Source of the DNA: Cyanobacteriota bacterium
GTDB taxonomy: Bacteria > Cyanobacteriota > Cyanobacteriia > Thermostichales > Thermostichaceae
Reading direction: 5' to 3'
Length of the DNA stretch: 64,000 nucleotides
NCBI GenBank assembly: GCA_033764955.1
Contig: JANRIL010000017.1
Span: 25,047 to 89,046, forward strand
Shown here piece after piece: positions 28,485 through 40,962 of the stretch. The position numbers and the translations under genes are program-made. The notes beneath the pieces were generated by a model. That model did not search any database. It saw only the letters and a list, made by a program, of their open reading frames with translations, and was not told the DNA's origin. The first letter of the stretch is position 1. Every line of letters begins with the position of its first letter.

Positions 28485-30077
28485 CTAGCTCTCCGGTTTG
28501 AGGAGGGGAAAGGCAATCACGTCTCGAATGCTGGGGAGATCTAGTAACAACATTGCCAACCGATCAATGCCCATGCCCATGCCCCCGGTGGGAGGCAGAC
28601 CATATTCCAGGGCGGTGATAAAGTCTTCATCCAAAAAGTGAGCTTCCTCGTGACCGGCTGCTTTCAGGGCGGCTTGTCGCTCCAGACGTTGCCGTTGATC
28701 CACCGGATCGGTTAGCTCCGAATAACTATTGGCAAGTTCTCGACCCACCACATACAGTTCAAAACGTTCCACCAATCCGGGTTTGTGGCGGTGGGGGCGG
28801 GTGAGGGGGGAAACTTCCACCGGATAGTCGAGGACAAAGGTGGGTTGACGCAGTTGTTCTTCACAGCGCTCTTCAAAAACCTTGACCAGCACTTCTCCCA
28901 CCGAGGTGGCTTCAGCTAAGCCAGGGATCCCCGGATCCCATCCCTTATCCAGCAAGGCCTGCCGCAGTACCCCGACATCTTGAAATTGTGTGAAATCAAG
29001 ACCCGTTGCTGCTGCCACCAACTCGTGCATGGTCACCCGTCGCCAAGGGGGGGTTAAGTCAATCGGCTCTCCTTGATAGGTGAGAAGTAGGGATCCCTTA
29101 ACCGCCTGAGCCGCCTGGGTAATCAAAGCTTCGGTCAGATCCATCATTGTCTGGTAGTCGGCATAGGCTTGATAGACTTCCAGGGTGGTAAATTCGGGAT
29201 TATGGCGGGTGGAGATACCTTCATTGCGAAAGATCCGGCCAATTTCATAGACCCGCTCGATCCCACCAACGACCAATTTTTTTAGATAAAGCTCCGTAGC
29301 AATCCGCAGATAAAGGTCTAAATCTAGGGTGTTGTGGTGGGTGATAAAGGGACGAGCTTCCGCCCCTCCCGGAATCGGCTGGAGAACGGGGGTTTCAATT
29401 TCGACAAAATCCTGCTGATCCAGGCTTTGACGAATCGAGCGGACAATCAGAGAACGCTGGCGGAGGGTTTGCCTTACCTCAGGATTGACGATCAAATCTA
29501 CATAGCGCTGTCGATATCGCTTTTCGATATCTTTGAGACCATGCCATTTGTCCGGTAGAGGCAGCAGCGATTTGCTGAGGAGTTGATATTCCTCCACCAC
29601 TACCGATAGTTCCCCCTTGTCGGTGCGTTTCAGGGATCCCTTAGCGCCCATCCAATCTCCGGCATCGGTGAGTTTTTCTAAAATTTTGAAAGCGCCATCC
29701 CCCATCTGGGCAGTAATCTGCTTTTTATCCAGATAAAGCTGGATCAGACCGGAGCGATCCTGAATCGTAAAAAATGCCAGCTTGCCCATCACCCGCCGTG
29801 TCATGATTCGTCCGGCCACTGACACCTTGACTTCAGGCAACTCAGCCCCCGCTGACAAGTCTTGATACTGGGTTTGCAGGGTTTGGGCTAAATGCTGTGG
29901 GTCATAGCTATAGGCATAGGGCAACACCCCCTGAGCCCGTAGTTCCTCTACTTTTTGTAGCCGCGCCCGCTTGAGAGCATTCAGATCGACGGGTTCCACT
30001 TGCTGCTTGGGATCCATGGGTTTTGGATCCATCGGTTGAGAAGTGGTCACCGCTGGATCCGAATGGGGAGAAGCCAT
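28485..30077 (-). CDS. lysS: Lysine--tRNA ligase (class II)
   Basis: [25 protein letters not shown] and GMGIDRL motifs. Confidence 0.98.
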   Translation of the reverse strand: MASPHSDPAVTTSQPMDPKPMDPKQQVEPVDLNALKRARLQKVEELRAQGVLPYAYSYDPQHLAQTLQTQYQDLSAGAELPEVKVSVAGRIMTRRVMGKLAFFTIQDRSGLIQLYLDKKQITAQMGDGAFKILEKLTDAGDWMGAKGSLKRTDKGELSVVVEEYQLLSKSLLPLPDKWHGLKDIEKRYRQRYVDLIVNPEVRQTLRQRSLIVRSIRQSLDQQDFVEIETPVLQPIPGGAEARPFITHHNTLDLDLYLRIATELYLKKLVVGGIERVYEIGRIFRNEGISTRHNPEFTTLEVYQAYADYQTMMDLTEALITQAAQAVKGSLLLTYQGEPIDLTPPWRRVTMHELVAAATGLDFTQFQDVGVLRQALLDKGWDPGIPGLAEATSVGEVLVKVFEERCEEQLRQPTFVLDYPVEVSPLTRPHRHKPGLVERFELYVVGRELANSYSELTDPVDQRQRLERQAALKAAGHEEAHFLDEDFITALEYGLPPTGGMGMGIDRLAMLLLDLPSIRDVIAFPLLKPES

Positions 30078-30123
30078 AAAGCAAGTACCAGGAAAGAAGA
30101 GTCTGTAAAAACAGGTTGCTTTC

Positions 30124-30903
30124 CTAGTTTAGGGCAGGGGAGAAGTGGAGATCGGCAAAACCCTCAAAAGTCGGTCGGGCAAAATAATATCCCTGAAATA
30201 AGTGAATGCCTGCTTCCCGTAGCGTCATCAACTCCTCGTAGGTTTCGATACCTTCAGCAATCACTTCACAGTTGAGTTCCCGTGAGACACTCAAAATGCC
30301 CAAAACAATCGACCGCCGCACTTTATCTTGATTGATGTGACGGGTCAACGCCATGTCTAGTTTAATAATGTCCGGTTGAAATTCAGCTAACAGATTGAGT
30401 CCGGCATAGCCCGCCCCAAAATCGTCAATCGCGGTTTTGAAGCCAAGCCGCTGATATTCTCGAATGATGCCGATCAGGTGTTGGTGATTTTCAATCCTTT
30501 CCCCTTCCGTAAACTCAAACATGATCTGATTCTGCGGAAAGTGATAGGTTTTGGCGGCTTCTAGGGTAGCTCGAATACAGGTTTCGGGGCGATAAATGGC
30601 ATTGGGCAAAAAGTTAATGGATAAATAAGCCGATCCAATGGGCAAATGAGCGGCTAGTTGGATAGCCTTGGCTCGACAGGCTTGATCAAAACGATAACGA
30701 TTTTCGGGATTGATCTGAGACAAAATGTAACTAGCTGGCTCTTGATTGAGGCCACGCACGAGCGCTTCTTGGGCAAAAACCTGGCTGGTTTCCAGATCAA
30801 TAATCGGCTGAAAAGCCATCGTAAAGTCAAAGCCTAGTCCTGCTCCTCTGACACATTCTGCACAGGACAGCAATGGAGGGGGTTCAGCGGGGGGCATATT
30901 CAT
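30124..30903 (-). CDS. Stand-alone EAL-domain c-di-GMP phosphodiesterase
   Basis: AFQPI, EALVR, DDFGAGY and IAEGIET motifs; start placed at ATG 30903 to avoid overlap with ftsH. Confidence 0.9.
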   Translation of the reverse strand: MNMPPAEPPPLLSCAECVRGAGLGFDFTMAFQPIIDLETSQVFAQEALVRGLNQEPASYILSQINPENRYRFDQACRAKAIQLAAHLPIGSAYLSINFLPNAIYRPETCIRATLEAAKTYHFPQNQIMFEFTEGERIENHQHLIGIIREYQRLGFKTAIDDFGAGYAGLNLLAEFQPDIIKLDMALTRHINQDKVRRSIVLGILSVSRELNCEVIAEGIETYEELMTLREAGIHLFQGYYFARPTFEGFADLHFSPALN

Positions 30904-31126
30904 GGTCAACGGCGGGATCCCTGCTTGGGGGAAAAGTAGCGGACAATCGATTAGATTGTTAGTTCTAATACATTTTACTACTGTATCATTTTTTGCCCAC
31001 GCCAGCCTTGGATCCCGATAAGTTGAATCTATAAAAATTGGCTGCTCAAGCATGATGCTCAAACAACCAATTTTATGGGGGGATGGGTGCTTGGAAAGGT
31101 TAAGTCGCTGAGGATCAATCAGCGGC

Positions 31127-33037
31127 TCAAGCCAGTTTAGGGATCCCGGCTTTTTCAGGAATAGGTACATACTCCGCCACAATCGCACGGAATTCATCCC
31201 CATCTAGGGTTTCCCGCTCGATCAATGTTTCGGCCAAGCGATCCAAGAGGGTGCGATTGGCTAGCAAGATAGCCAAAGCACGCTCATAGCAGAAATCAAG
31301 AATCTCCCGTACCTGCCGATCAATCTTGGCGGACACATCTTCCGAATATTCTGAGCGATTCATCCAACCACCGCCTAAAAACACTTCGCTGTTGGGGGAA
31401 TCTAGCATGAGAGGACCTAGCTCCGACATACCGAACCGAGTCACCATCTGCCGAACCAAATTGGTGTTTTGTTGCAGATCATTGCTGGCTCCGGTGGTGA
31501 TTTCGGCATGGCCAAAAACAATCTCTTCGGCAGCCCGACCACCGTATCCCACGACCACGCGATCTAAGAGCCAAGCACGGCTGTAGAGACCACTGTCAAT
31601 TTGCTCCTCATTAGGAAGCTGCTGGGCAAAGCCTCCGGCTCCACTGGAACGGGGAATAATCGTCACCTTGTTAAGAGGATCCGCATGTTCGAGGAGGGTC
31701 ATCAAAAGGGCATGGCCCGATTCGTGATAGGCAATCAGCCGCTTACTTTTGCCATCCAGTAGGGGAGGCTTGGTTAAGCCAATCGTGATCCGATCAATCG
31801 CATCATCAATGTCCTGGTTGCTAACCGCTTTTTTCTGACGACGGGCAGCCAGAATAGCCGCTTCATTCAGGAGGTTAGCCAGATCCGCGCCCGCAAAGCC
31901 AGGAGTGCGGCGAGCAATCGCTTCTAGATTTACCTCTTCCGCCAGTTTTTTATCACGGGCATGGACGCGCAAAATCTCATAACGCCCCTTAAAGCTGGGT
32001 CGATCCACGGTCACCTGCCGATCAAAACGCCCCGGACGAAGCAGAGCCGCATCCAAAACATCGGGGCGATTAGTGGCCGCGATGATGATGATACCTGTGT
32101 TTCCCTCAAATCCGTCCATTTCGGTGAGCAGTTGGTTGAGGGTTTGTTCCCGCTCGTCGTTCCCTCCACCGATACCCGCTCCCCGTTGCCGACCGACCGC
32201 ATCGATTTCATCAATAAAAATGATGCAGGGGGCGTTTTCTTTGGCTTTCTTGAAGAGATCCCGTACCCGTGAAGCTCCTACCCCCACAAACATCTCGACA
32301 AATTCCGAGCCGGAGATAGAAAAGAAGGGAACTCCCGCTTCACCGGCAATCGCCTTGGCTAGTAACGTTTTGCCGGTTCCGGGTGGCCCCACCAGCAACA
32401 CACCCTTGGGAATCTTCGCTCCCACTGCCGTAAACCGTTCCGGTTTTTTCAGGAAAGTCACCACCTCTTGCAGTTCTTCTTTGGCCTCTTCGATACCCGC
32501 CACATCATCAAACTTGATGCCCGTTTTAGCCTCCATCTGGAAGCGGGCACGGGACTTGCCAAAGTTCATCGCTTGTCCGGGACCACTGGCTCCCCCCCCC
32601 GCCCGGCGCAGGAAAAAGAAGAGAACACCCAGCAAGAGCAGGGGAAAGACTAGATTACCCAAAATCGCTAGAAAGGCTCCGTTGTCGCGGGAGGGCAGAA
32701 AACTCACCTCAATCCCTTCTTCCGTTAGGCGATTGGCAAGCTGCGGCACCGTGCTAGGGATCAACGTGACCCGAAAGCGCTCAATCTTTTCGGTTTCGGA
32801 GTCTTTGGCAGTGACCTCCGCGATGGTGTTGTTCTCGGTGATGCGGACATCCGTGACCCGCCCTTCTTCCACATATTTGAGAAAGCGGCCATAGGTCATG
32901 CCTGCTGTCGTAACCGCTAGGGCTGGGGAGGATTGCAGTTGCCAACCGGATCCCTGCCAAAGGCAAAGTCCCAATAGCAAGGCAAAGGCAAAGCGCATCC
33001 ATCGGGAGGAGCGGAATCGTGCGTGAGGGTTATCCAT
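31127..33037 (-). CDS. ftsH: ATP-dependent zinc metalloprotease FtsH (FtsH2-like)
   Basis: [18 protein letters not shown] and HESGH motifs; MTYGRFL lumenal segment. Confidence 0.97.
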   Translation of the reverse strand: MDNPHARFRSSRWMRFAFALLLGLCLWQGSGWQLQSSPALAVTTAGMTYGRFLKYVEEGRVTDVRITENNTIAEVTAKDSETEKIERFRVTLIPSTVPQLANRLTEEGIEVSFLPSRDNGAFLAILGNLVFPLLLLGVLFFFLRRAGGGASGPGQAMNFGKSRARFQMEAKTGIKFDDVAGIEEAKEELQEVVTFLKKPERFTAVGAKIPKGVLLVGPPGTGKTLLAKAIAGEAGVPFFSISGSEFVEMFVGVGASRVRDLFKKAKENAPCIIFIDEIDAVGRQRGAGIGGGNDEREQTLNQLLTEMDGFEGNTGIIIIAATNRPDVLDAALLRPGRFDRQVTVDRPSFKGRYEILRVHARDKKLAEEVNLEAIARRTPGFAGADLANLLNEAAILAARRQKKAVSNQDIDDAIDRITIGLTKPPLLDGKSKRLIAYHESGHALLMTLLEHADPLNKVTIIPRSSGAGGFAQQLPNEEQIDSGLYSRAWLLDRVVVGYGGRAAEEIVFGHAEITTGASNDLQQNTNLVRQMVTRFGMSELGPLMLDSPNSEVFLGGGWMNRSEYSEDVSAKIDRQVREILDFCYERALAILLANRTLLDRLAETLIERETLDGDEFRAIVAEYVPIPEKAGIPKLA

Positions 33038-33252
33038 GTCGGGGATGAAAACTGAGGTTTATGAAGATACTTTAATAAACTTAACCTGTGCTAGGGGATC
33101 CCAACAAGTCTCAACAGGTCTGGGTTGCTATAGAAAGCCGACTCCCCCGACTAACCCCCTTGCCCACAAGCCCTAGAATGGGGGTTCGCATCCCTAGCTT
33201 TCCTGGCTACTCACTAACCGTTCTCATAGGGGATCCCTTTGTCAATTCATGG

Positions 33253-33465
33253 TTAAGTGGGGCTGCCCACCATCCATTCAACCGAAAACCGATCGGGGCC
33301 TGCCACCACTTGCCGACTCGACAAGGCATTGATCAAGTTTTCTAAGGCTAGTAAATCGGCTTCCGTACATACCCCCTGTTGCAGGAGGGCATCAAGATGT
33401 CGCTCTTGGCTGGTGGTCAACACTTGCAAGGCCAACACCTGATCGACAACGGTTTGAATAGACAT
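33253..33465 (-). CDS. Small conserved cyanobacterial hypothetical protein
   Basis: MSIQTVVDQVL...LTTSQE...EADLLALENL pattern; GGAG upstream of ATG 33465. Confidence 0.65.
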   Translation of the reverse strand: MSIQTVVDQVLALQVLTTSQERHLDALLQQGVCTEADLLALENLINALSSRQVVAGPDRFSVEWMVGSPT

Positions 33466-33747
33466 TCTCTCCCTCCTACACACCCTCCACCACTACCCCA
33501 AGAGTAGCTATCTGTGATTAACCCACATCCCTAGAGATCCAACCACAGTGAAACCGCGATCTTGCCCGATCATTTGTGGCACTTACCCACCTTGTTGAGG
33601 AGTAATCCAGGATACCGGGGTGCTACCCTCCGTCAATAGGATTGAATGGCTCCACGGTCAGCCTATGGGGGATCCCAATCCTTCAGCCGGGAGGAATCCA
33701 GCTATACTGCTTAATGTTGCAAACCTTGAACCTGGGAGGCGGCGCTC

Positions 33748-34932
33748 ATGCCGATGATCGAAACCCGAGCTGACCGGATGGTGCTCAACTTTGGGCCCCA
33801 TCATCCTTCCATGCATGGCGTACTAAGACTGTTGGTAACCCTAGACGGCGAAAATGTCATGGATTGTGAGCCGGTGCTGGGCTATCTGCATCGTGGCATG
33901 GAAAAAATCGCTGAGAACCGTACCGTGGTGCAGTATCTTCCCTACGTCTCCCGCTGGGATTATGGGGCAGGCATGTTTAACGAAGCCATCACCGTCAACG
34001 CCACTGAAAAATTAGCCGATGTGACGGTGCCCCGCCGAGCCAGCTATCTACGGGTGATCATGCTGGAATTGACCCGCGTCATTAATCACCTCCTCTGGTT
34101 TGGCCCTTTTTTGGCGGATTTGGGAGCGCAGACTCCCTTTTTCTATGCGATGCGCGAACGGGAAATGGTGCTGGATTTGTTTGAGGCGGTCACAGGCATG
34201 CGCCTGATTAACAACAATTACTTTCGCGTCGGGGGAGTGGCGGTTGATTTGCCCTATGGCTGGGTAGATAAATGCCAAGAATTTTGTGAATACTTTCTGC
34301 CCAAAGTGGATGAATATGAGCGACTGGTGACTAACAACCCCATCTTTCGCCGCCGCCTGGAAGGCGTGGGCACGATCAGTCGGCAGGATGCTATCAACTG
34401 GGGTTTGTCGGGTCCAATGCTGCGGGCTTCGGGGGTAAAGTGGGATCTGCGAAAAGTGGATCACTACGAGTGTTATGACGACTTTGATTTTGAGGTGGCC
34501 TGGGATCCGGCTGGTGACACGATTGCCCGCTATCGAGTCCGCATGAAAGAAATGCGCGAATCCTGCAAGATTGTTATGCAAGCACTCAAGGGGTTACCGG
34601 GGGGATCCTTTGAGAATCTGGAGGCTAAGCGGATGTTTGAAGGCCCTAAATCCGAATGGAACGGCTCTGATTATCAATTCATTAGCAAAAAGACCTCCCC
34701 CAACTTCAAGATCCCTAAGGGAGAGAATTATGTGCGGGTGGAAAGTGCCAAAGGGGAGTTGGGAATTTATTTGGTCGGAGAAGACAACACCGTGCCCTGG
34801 CGTTGGAAGATTCGGCCACCAGGTTTTATTAACCTCCAGGTGTTGCCACAGTTGGTGAGGGGGATGAAGGTAGCGGACATGATCGCCATTCTAGGGAGTA
34901 TCGATATCATCATGGGGGAAGTTGACCGTTGA
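33748..34932 (+). CDS. ndhH: NDH-1 subunit H
   Basis: [15 protein letters not shown] and [12 protein letters not shown] motifs. Confidence 0.98.
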   Translation: MPMIETRADRMVLNFGPHHPSMHGVLRLLVTLDGENVMDCEPVLGYLHRGMEKIAENRTVVQYLPYVSRWDYGAGMFNEAITVNATEKLADVTVPRRASYLRVIMLELTRVINHLLWFGPFLADLGAQTPFFYAMREREMVLDLFEAVTGMRLINNNYFRVGGVAVDLPYGWVDKCQEFCEYFLPKVDEYERLVTNNPIFRRRLEGVGTISRQDAINWGLSGPMLRASGVKWDLRKVDHYECYDDFDFEVAWDPAGDTIARYRVRMKEMRESCKIVMQALKGLPGGSFENLEAKRMFEGPKSEWNGSDYQFISKKTSPNFKIPKGENYVRVESAKGELGIYLVGEDNTVPWRWKIRPPGFINLQVLPQLVRGMKVADMIAILGSIDIIMGEVDR

Positions 34933-34960
34933 TACCGCGATAACGAGGCGAGGAGGAACG

Positions 34961-35176
34961 ATGGAAATCCTCTGGGGAACCATCCTGATGATGGCAATGA
35001 TTGGGGCGGGGGTGATGATTTTGCTGCGGGTACGGCGATCGATGGGTTTGGATCCGACCGCCAGCCGTGAGGAAGAAGTCCGGGAAGCCCAATTCCGCGC
35101 CATTCTAGAAACAGAAAAAGCGCGGATGCGAAAGCCACAAACCAATGGGAGTCAGCAGGGTGAAAAAAACATTTGA
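34961..35176 (+). CDS. Small single-TM hypothetical protein
   Basis: AGGAGG ribosome-binding site before ATG 34961; hydrophobic N-terminus followed by a charged tail. Confidence 0.6.
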   Translation: MEILWGTILMMAMIGAGVMILLRVRRSMGLDPTASREEEVREAQFRAILETEKARMRKPQTNGSQQGEKNI

Positions 35177-35253
35177 CCATTTGATTTGATGGATGGCCAG
35201 GGATCCAGAACAGGGATCCCAACAAACTGACCTGACAGGAGTTGAGAATCCAC

Positions 35254-36372
35254 ATGATTTCTGGAATTGACCTGCAAAAAAGCTTTGTCGAAGGACTGAC
35301 CGGCTTGGGAGTTGCCCCTGAAATAGCCCATGCCCTCTGGCTGCCCCTGCCCATGCTCCTGTTGATCATTGCCGCTACGGTTGGTGTGATGGTGCTGACC
35401 TGGTTGGAGCGCAAAATCTCGGCGGCGGCACAACAGCGGATTGGCCCGACGATGGCGGGTCCACAGGGATTATTGTTGCCCTTGGCCGACGGACTGAAGT
35501 TGCTCACCAAGGAAGATATTTTTCCGATTGCTTCGGATCCGGTTTTGTTTACACTGGGGCCTATTCTGGTTTTTTTGCCTGTTTTTCTCTCCTATTTAGT
35601 CGTGCCGTTTGGTCAAAATTTGTTGATTTCCAACTTGGCGATTGGGGTATTTTTTCTGATTGCCACTTCTAGCATTCAACCGATTGGACTGTTAATGGCA
35701 GGGTATGGATCCAACAACAAATATTCCCTACTGGGAGGTCTGCGGGCGGCGGCACAGTCAATTAGCTATGAGTTGCCCCTAGCGTTGTCGGTGTTGGCGA
35801 TTGTCCTGATGAGCAACGGCTTGGATACCGTGGGGATTGTTGAGCAGCAGAGTGGTTTGGGCATCCTCTCCTGGAATGTCTGGCGGCAACCGATTGGCTT
35901 TGTCATCTTTTTGATCTCTGCTTTAGCGGAAACGGAGCGGATCCCCTTTGATTTGCCGGAAGCAGAAGAAGAATTGGTGGCTGGCTATCAAACGGAATAT
36001 TCGGGAATGAAGTTTGCCCTGTTTTATTTGGGATCCTATGCCAATTTGTTGTTGGGATCCCTGTTGGCAGCGGTGCTTTATTTGGGGGGGTGGTCATTTA
36101 TCGTGCCTGTGGAAATGGTGGCAGATGGCTTGGGGATTTCCCTTCAGGATCCCCTTCTGCAAGTTTTGATGGCAACCCTGGGCATTGTCATGACCTTGAT
36201 CAAAGCATTTATTTTTGTATTTTTAGCCATCATTATTCGTTGGACATTACCACGAGTTCGCATTGATCAACTCTTGGATCTGGGTTGGAAATTTTTGTTG
36301 CCCATATCCTTTGTGAATTTGTTGCTAACCGCCGCATTAAAACTGGCTTTTCCTGCCTTTTTCGGGGGATAA
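35254..36372 (+). CDS. ndhA: NDH-1 subunit A (NuoH)
   Basis: [16 protein letters not shown] and [19 protein letters not shown] motifs. Confidence 0.98.
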   Translation: MISGIDLQKSFVEGLTGLGVAPEIAHALWLPLPMLLLIIAATVGVMVLTWLERKISAAAQQRIGPTMAGPQGLLLPLADGLKLLTKEDIFPIASDPVLFTLGPILVFLPVFLSYLVVPFGQNLLISNLAIGVFFLIATSSIQPIGLLMAGYGSNNKYSLLGGLRAAAQSISYELPLALSVLAIVLMSNGLDTVGIVEQQSGLGILSWNVWRQPIGFVIFLISALAETERIPFDLPEAEEELVAGYQTEYSGMKFALFYLGSYANLLLGSLLAAVLYLGGWSFIVPVEMVADGLGISLQDPLLQVLMATLGIVMTLIKAFIFVFLAIIIRWTLPRVRIDQLLDLGWKFLLPISFVNLLLTAALKLAFPAFFGG

Positions 36373-36456
36373 CGGGATCCCTAATCTATGGGGAACCATG
36401 AATGTCTGTGCTGAGTGAGCAGATCAGGGTAAAAAACTGACAAGAGGAGATAAACG

Positions 36457-37083
36457 ATGAGTTTCTTGCAAAAAGTCGGTGACTATATCAAAGACGCACG
36501 AGATGCCGCCAAATATATTGGTCAAGGCTTGGGTGTTGTCTTTGATCACATGGGTCGTCGTCCGGTGACGGTGCAATATCCCTTTGAAAAGATGATTCCC
36601 TCCGAGCGTTTTCGAGGGCGGATTCACTTTGAATTTGATAAGTGTATTGCCTGTGAAGTGTGTGTACGAGTTTGCCCGATTGATTTACCCGTTGTGGATT
36701 GGGCTTATAACCCTGACCTCAAGAAGAAAGAACTCTATAGCTACAGCATTGATTTCGGGGTTTGCATTTTTTGTGCCAATTGTGTGGAGTTTTGTCCCAC
36801 CAATTGCTTGTCGGTAACGGAAGATTATGAGTTAGCCGCCTATGACCGCCATGAGTTGAATTATCACCAAGCCGCCCTGGGGCGGCTTCCCTCCAAGGTC
36901 TCCGACGATCCGATGGTCACTCCGATGCGCGGGTTTGCCTATCTGCCCACAGGTGTAGTAGATCCCCACGATTTGCCCGCGGGATCCCAGCGGGTTGGCA
37001 AGCGTCCTGAAGAAATTCTGGAAGCCATGCGGGCAGCCAAAGCAGCCAAAGAGAAGGGCACCGCACCGGTGACGGCTGAATAG
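36457..37083 (+). CDS. ndhI: NDH-1 subunit I
   Basis: Two CxxCxxCxxxCP ferredoxin motifs; ERFRGRIH. Confidence 0.98.
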   Translation: MSFLQKVGDYIKDARDAAKYIGQGLGVVFDHMGRRPVTVQYPFEKMIPSERFRGRIHFEFDKCIACEVCVRVCPIDLPVVDWAYNPDLKKKELYSYSIDFGVCIFCANCVEFCPTNCLSVTEDYELAAYDRHELNYHQAALGRLPSKVSDDPMVTPMRGFAYLPTGVVDPHDLPAGSQRVGKRPEEILEAMRAAKAAKEKGTAPVTAE

Positions 37084-37095
37084 CTAGCGGCGGTC

Positions 37096-37686
37096 ATGAA
37101 CACCCCCACTCATCTGGTGATCAATGCTGCCCTCAACAAGCGGTTTGCGAACTGGACAATCATCAAATCGGCTTGGCTGCTGGGATCCGTAGCTCCCGAT
37201 ATCCCCCTCTACCTCTTAAGCTTGGGAGGCTGGGTCTACTATCACCAGATGTTGGGGTGGTCGGGGCGCGAGACCTTCCGCCATATGTTCGATCATCTTT
37301 TTTTTCAAGATCCCTTCTGGATAGCTAGCCATAACCTGCTGCATTCCCCCACCCTACTCATCCTGGCATTGTTGATAATCAGAGTTAGGCAGGGGATCGA
37401 GAAAAGCCTCAACGATTGGGGGTGGTGGTTTTTCTGGGGATGTTTGGTGCATACGGCGGTGGATATCCCCGTCCATGTCAACGATGGCCCGCTTCTATTT
37501 TTTCCGTTTAACTGGACAATTCGGTTTTATGCCCCCGTTAGCTATTGGGATGAGGATCATTTTGGCCGGGAAGTCAGCCTGGTTGAGTTGATCCTCGATC
37601 TCGCCCTATTGGTCTATTGCTGGCTGCCTTTCCTGCAGCGGGGCTGGTTCCGATGGCGGGGCAACAATCGGGATCCCTCAGCCTAG
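37096..37686 (+). CDS. Membrane metal-dependent hydrolase (YdjM-like)
   Basis: TPTH, GSVAPD, HNLLHS and HTAVDIPVH motifs. Confidence 0.75.
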   Translation: MNTPTHLVINAALNKRFANWTIIKSAWLLGSVAPDIPLYLLSLGGWVYYHQMLGWSGRETFRHMFDHLFFQDPFWIASHNLLHSPTLLILALLIIRVRQGIEKSLNDWGWWFFWGCLVHTAVDIPVHVNDGPLLFFPFNWTIRFYAPVSYWDEDHFGREVSLVELILDLALLVYCWLPFLQRGWFRWRGNNRDPSA

Positions 37687-37864
37687 ATTGCGATAGCTTC
37701 TGACTGGATTTGGGATTGATCCAGTGAGTGGGTTCAAACCAATCGGGGATCGGCAAGACTTCTGAATGAGAAATAATCCCACAAAAGGCATTACATTGAA
37801 ATGGAGTTAAGTGAGCGCCCTTTAGGGAATTTGTGACCATTTGCCAACAGGGAGGAAGGATCCG

Positions 37865-38467
37865 GTGACTTTATCAGAAATTGTGCAACTGCTGTGTTTT
37901 GGAGTTCTCAGCCTGACAGCCATTGGCTTTGCGCTGGGGGTTGTCTTAGCTCCCAGCATTGTTTATTCGGGTTTTTTGCTGGGGGGAGTCTTTTTGAGCA
38001 TGGCCGGACTCTATCTCTTGCTCAACGCCGATTTTGTGGCAGCCGCTCAGGTGCTGATCTATGTCGGGGCAGTCAATGTTTTGATTCTGTTTGCCATCAT
38101 GTTAGTGAATCGCCGTTATAATTTTGCCCCGATCAAATTGGGCTGGTTACGGAATGGAGTGACCGCCGCTGTTTGTTTGGGACTATTGGCTTTATTGGCG
38201 GTGATGATTGCTGAAACCCCTTGGCCTCTGCAACCCATTCAAGCAGTGAATAGTATTTTGTTGATGGGCGGGCACTTCTTTAGCGACTATTTGCTGCCCT
38301 TTGAGGTGGCTTCTGTCTTACTGTTGATGGCTCTGATTGGGGCGATTGTGCTGGCTCGCCGCGAGTTTGTGGCAGATCCGTTGCCAGAAGAGGGGACGGG
38401 AGATTTGAGTTTGCTGGAACGTTCTCGTCCGCAAATTCCGGTGGGTGTTGGTTCGTCAGATAAGTGA
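37865..38467 (+). CDS. ndhG: NDH-1 subunit G (NuoJ)
   Basis: AQVLIYVGAVNVLILFAIMLV and LLPFEVASVLLL motifs. Confidence 0.97.
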   Translation: MTLSEIVQLLCFGVLSLTAIGFALGVVLAPSIVYSGFLLGGVFLSMAGLYLLLNADFVAAAQVLIYVGAVNVLILFAIMLVNRRYNFAPIKLGWLRNGVTAAVCLGLLALLAVMIAETPWPLQPIQAVNSILLMGGHFFSDYLLPFEVASVLLLMALIGAIVLARREFVADPLPEEGTGDLSLLERSRPQIPVGVGSSDK

Positions 38468-38522
38468 CCCTGATCTAGTGCCCCACTAGGGATCCCATTT
38501 ATATTTTCAGGAGCCAGTTTTT

Positions 38523-38831
38523 ATGATTCAACTGTCATTTTTTCTTTGGGTTGCCGCCATCTTGTTTTGCATTGGAATTTATGGCTTGATTGTCAGTCGT
38601 AACGCGATTCGGGTTTTGATGTCGATTGAGTTAATGCTGAATGCCGTCAACCTCAACTTCATGGCCTTCTCTAACTTTCTTGACTCCGGTTTGATTCGCG
38701 GACAGGTCTTTTCCGTCTTTGTGATTACCGTAGCGGCGGCGGAAGCGGCGGTCGGCTTGGCGATTGTTTTGGGGATTTATCGCAACCGCTCCACCATTGA
38801 TATGGAAAGCTTTAACCTGCTCAAGTGGTAG
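38523..38831 (+). CDS. ndhE: NDH-1 subunit E (NuoK)
   Basis: [14 protein letters not shown] and [11 protein letters not shown] motifs. Confidence 0.97.
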   Translation: MIQLSFFLWVAAILFCIGIYGLIVSRNAIRVLMSIELMLNAVNLNFMAFSNFLDSGLIRGQVFSVFVITVAAAEAAVGLAIVLGIYRNRSTIDMESFNLLKW

Positions 38832-39045
38832 TGGGTGAAGCGGCATGAAGGGAGGGAGGGGATCGGTGAGGAGCAATGCCGATTCAGACTCGCAGCTTGC
38901 CATAACTCCGTGGCAAAATGGGGGAGTCTTTAGGATAGGCTCCCTGATTAGCTGATTCGGTTCTGTTCCTTTATCCTGTTATCCTTAATTGACTATTGTG
39001 AGATATCTGAAACATCTTTTCCTGAGACGGATCCCACCCTTAGCG

Positions 39046-39600
39046 ATGGAAGAACAACTGACCACGATGGATATTCGCTTGGCGCAATTGCTCAGGCTGG
39101 TGGAAGCCAATAGCCAAGCCAACCGCGAATTGGGGGAACGCCAGGAGGATCACCAACGGCAGCTAGAAGTCTCTGGGCGTCACAACGAAGCGCTACGGGA
39201 TACCGCCACCGATCTCCGCACCAGCATTATGGAACTGCGCGCCGGACAAGCCCTCCATCAAAGCCAACTGGAAGATCTGCGGAATAAGTTTGCCGAATTG
39301 TTGAAAGAGCAAGCGCTGCTCGTGCAGGTGGTTTCTCAACAGCAGCAAGTCTTGCTGGATTTTCAGCACATCACCAAGGCGATCTTGGAGCGGATGAGTG
39401 TCGATCACCAAGATTTTCGCCAGACGATCAGTTTGATGCTTGATCAAATTCATCAGACAATTCAATATCTGGTGTTGCAGGCGGGCGGCACCCCCCGTTC
39501 TCCCGTTAAACATCCAGAAGCAGAAGGGGATCCCCCTCCTCCCTCCAGCCATAGTCAGGCAGAAACCATTTCTCCCTCAGAGTCGTTTCCGGCCAGTTAG
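39046..39600 (+). CDS. Coiled-coil hypothetical protein
   Basis: Leu/Gln heptad-rich sequence; start uncertain (ATG 39046). Confidence 0.6.
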   Translation: MEEQLTTMDIRLAQLLRLVEANSQANRELGERQEDHQRQLEVSGRHNEALRDTATDLRTSIMELRAGQALHQSQLEDLRNKFAELLKEQALLVQVVSQQQQVLLDFQHITKAILERMSVDHQDFRQTISLMLDQIHQTIQYLVLQAGGTPRSPVKHPEAEGDPPPPSSHSQAETISPSESFPAS

Positions 39601-39613
39601 GGATCGATTGGGG

Positions 39614-40960
39614 TTATTCTCCCGTGATGGATAACCCTTCCACCCAAATTGGGGGACAAACCCCACTGGCGGTCAGTTCTGCCTGGGGATCCACATAAAT
39701 GATCGATTGCAACACGTCTAGGAAGTCTCCGGCTACGGTGGCGGATTCAATGCTGATTTTTTCTCCCTTCTGGATCAGCCAGCCATCAAAGGGCAGAGAA
39801 AAGGATCCCTGGGTGGCTTTAACTCCGGCATGAAGGGCGTGCAGATCATCAATCCAAATCACCTGATCCGCTTGGGCAAGGTCATAGGGGTGGTCAGGCT
39901 GACGGGCAGCATAGACATCGTAAAAATGGGCTCCCACCGTCACCTTGGCTCCGATATTGGCATGACCCGTGGGTTGGGATCCCAAACGCTGCGCCGTTCT
40001 CGCACTGTGCAAAAAGTGGCTCAAGATGCCCGCTTGAATGATTTCTAGGCGGCGGGTGGGGGTTCCTTCCCCATCAAAGGTGATGGATCCGACATTGCGG
40101 GGATGTTGGGCGTCATCGGCGATAGAGAGCAAGGGGGAGGCAATCGGTTGTCCTAACGACTCGGGGGTAGAGAGGCTCTGCTTATCTAGAATATTTTGGG
40201 CGTTAAACACATTGGAGAAAGCTCCCAACAGCCCCAAAAAGGCTTCGGGGGAAAAAATCACGGTGTATTTGCCAGTTGGGATTTTTTGGTAGTCAAGATG
40301 GCTAATGGTTTTGTCGGCAGCTTCCTGGAGACATCCGGCAATATCTAGATCAGCAAGGCTGCGGCTGATACGAAATGCTCCGGCACTGCGCGGTTTTCGC
40401 CCCTCCTGTTCGGTTTTGCTGTAGAGGTAAATGGAAGTGAGGGATTGGCTCTCTTGGCGACGGGATCCCTGGCTATTCAGGTAGAAGCGGTCAATATCCC
40501 GCTGAGCCAACCCGTTGTAGGGCACACCTTTGATGGCGGGGTGAGCGGCTAGCAGCGCTTTTTCGGCCTCCACTAGGCGGTCAATCAGGAGAGCCGCCGG
40601 AGCTTGAGGGGGGGTCTCCCACCTAGGCATGGGCAGGGGATCCCTAGCTGCCGGACTAAAATCCGGCATATGCTCAGGGTTGCCAAATCCACTTGCCTCC
40701 TGCGCCATTTGCAGAGCTAGTTGCAAGCCATCCGCATCCAGATCGGTAGTGGAGGTCACCCCCACCGTTTGCTGAGCTGCGTTCCAAACCCGCACCGTCA
40801 CCGAGGAGCGTTGGGAGGCTTTGACCTGTTTGGGATCCCCCCGATCCACCTGCACGCTAATTTCATCAACGGTCGCTCCGTAGATGTCAAATTTATGGAT
40901 GCCCAGATGTTCTGCTTTTGCTTGCAGAGAATCGGCTAAGTGATCAAGGGATGTCATCAT
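39614..40960 (-). CDS. pmbA: TldE/PmbA family protein
   Basis: FDGEGTPT, TGHA and GSFSLP motifs; directly downstream of tldD. Confidence 0.88.
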   Translation of the reverse strand: MMTSLDHLADSLQAKAEHLGIHKFDIYGATVDEISVQVDRGDPKQVKASQRSSVTVRVWNAAQQTVGVTSTTDLDADGLQLALQMAQEASGFGNPEHMPDFSPAARDPLPMPRWETPPQAPAALLIDRLVEAEKALLAAHPAIKGVPYNGLAQRDIDRFYLNSQGSRRQESQSLTSIYLYSKTEQEGRKPRSAGAFRISRSLADLDIAGCLQEAADKTISHLDYQKIPTGKYTVIFSPEAFLGLLGAFSNVFNAQNILDKQSLSTPESLGQPIASPLLSIADDAQHPRNVGSITFDGEGTPTRRLEIIQAGILSHFLHSARTAQRLGSQPTGHANIGAKVTVGAHFYDVYAARQPDHPYDLAQADQVIWIDDLHALHAGVKATQGSFSLPFDGWLIQKGEKISIESATVAGDFLDVLQSIIYVDPQAELTASGVCPPIWVEGLSITGE

Positions 40961-40962
40961 GG

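Noticed and set aside
30005..30035. [10 protein letters not shown] duplication in the LysS N-terminus
   Set aside because: A short repeat in a variable leader built on GGATCC; no functional inference is possible.
32073..32894. 273-aa ORF antisense to ftsH, and similar antisense ORFs over ndhH/ndhA, tldD and the MCP
   Set aside because: These are antisense shadows of well-supported conserved genes.
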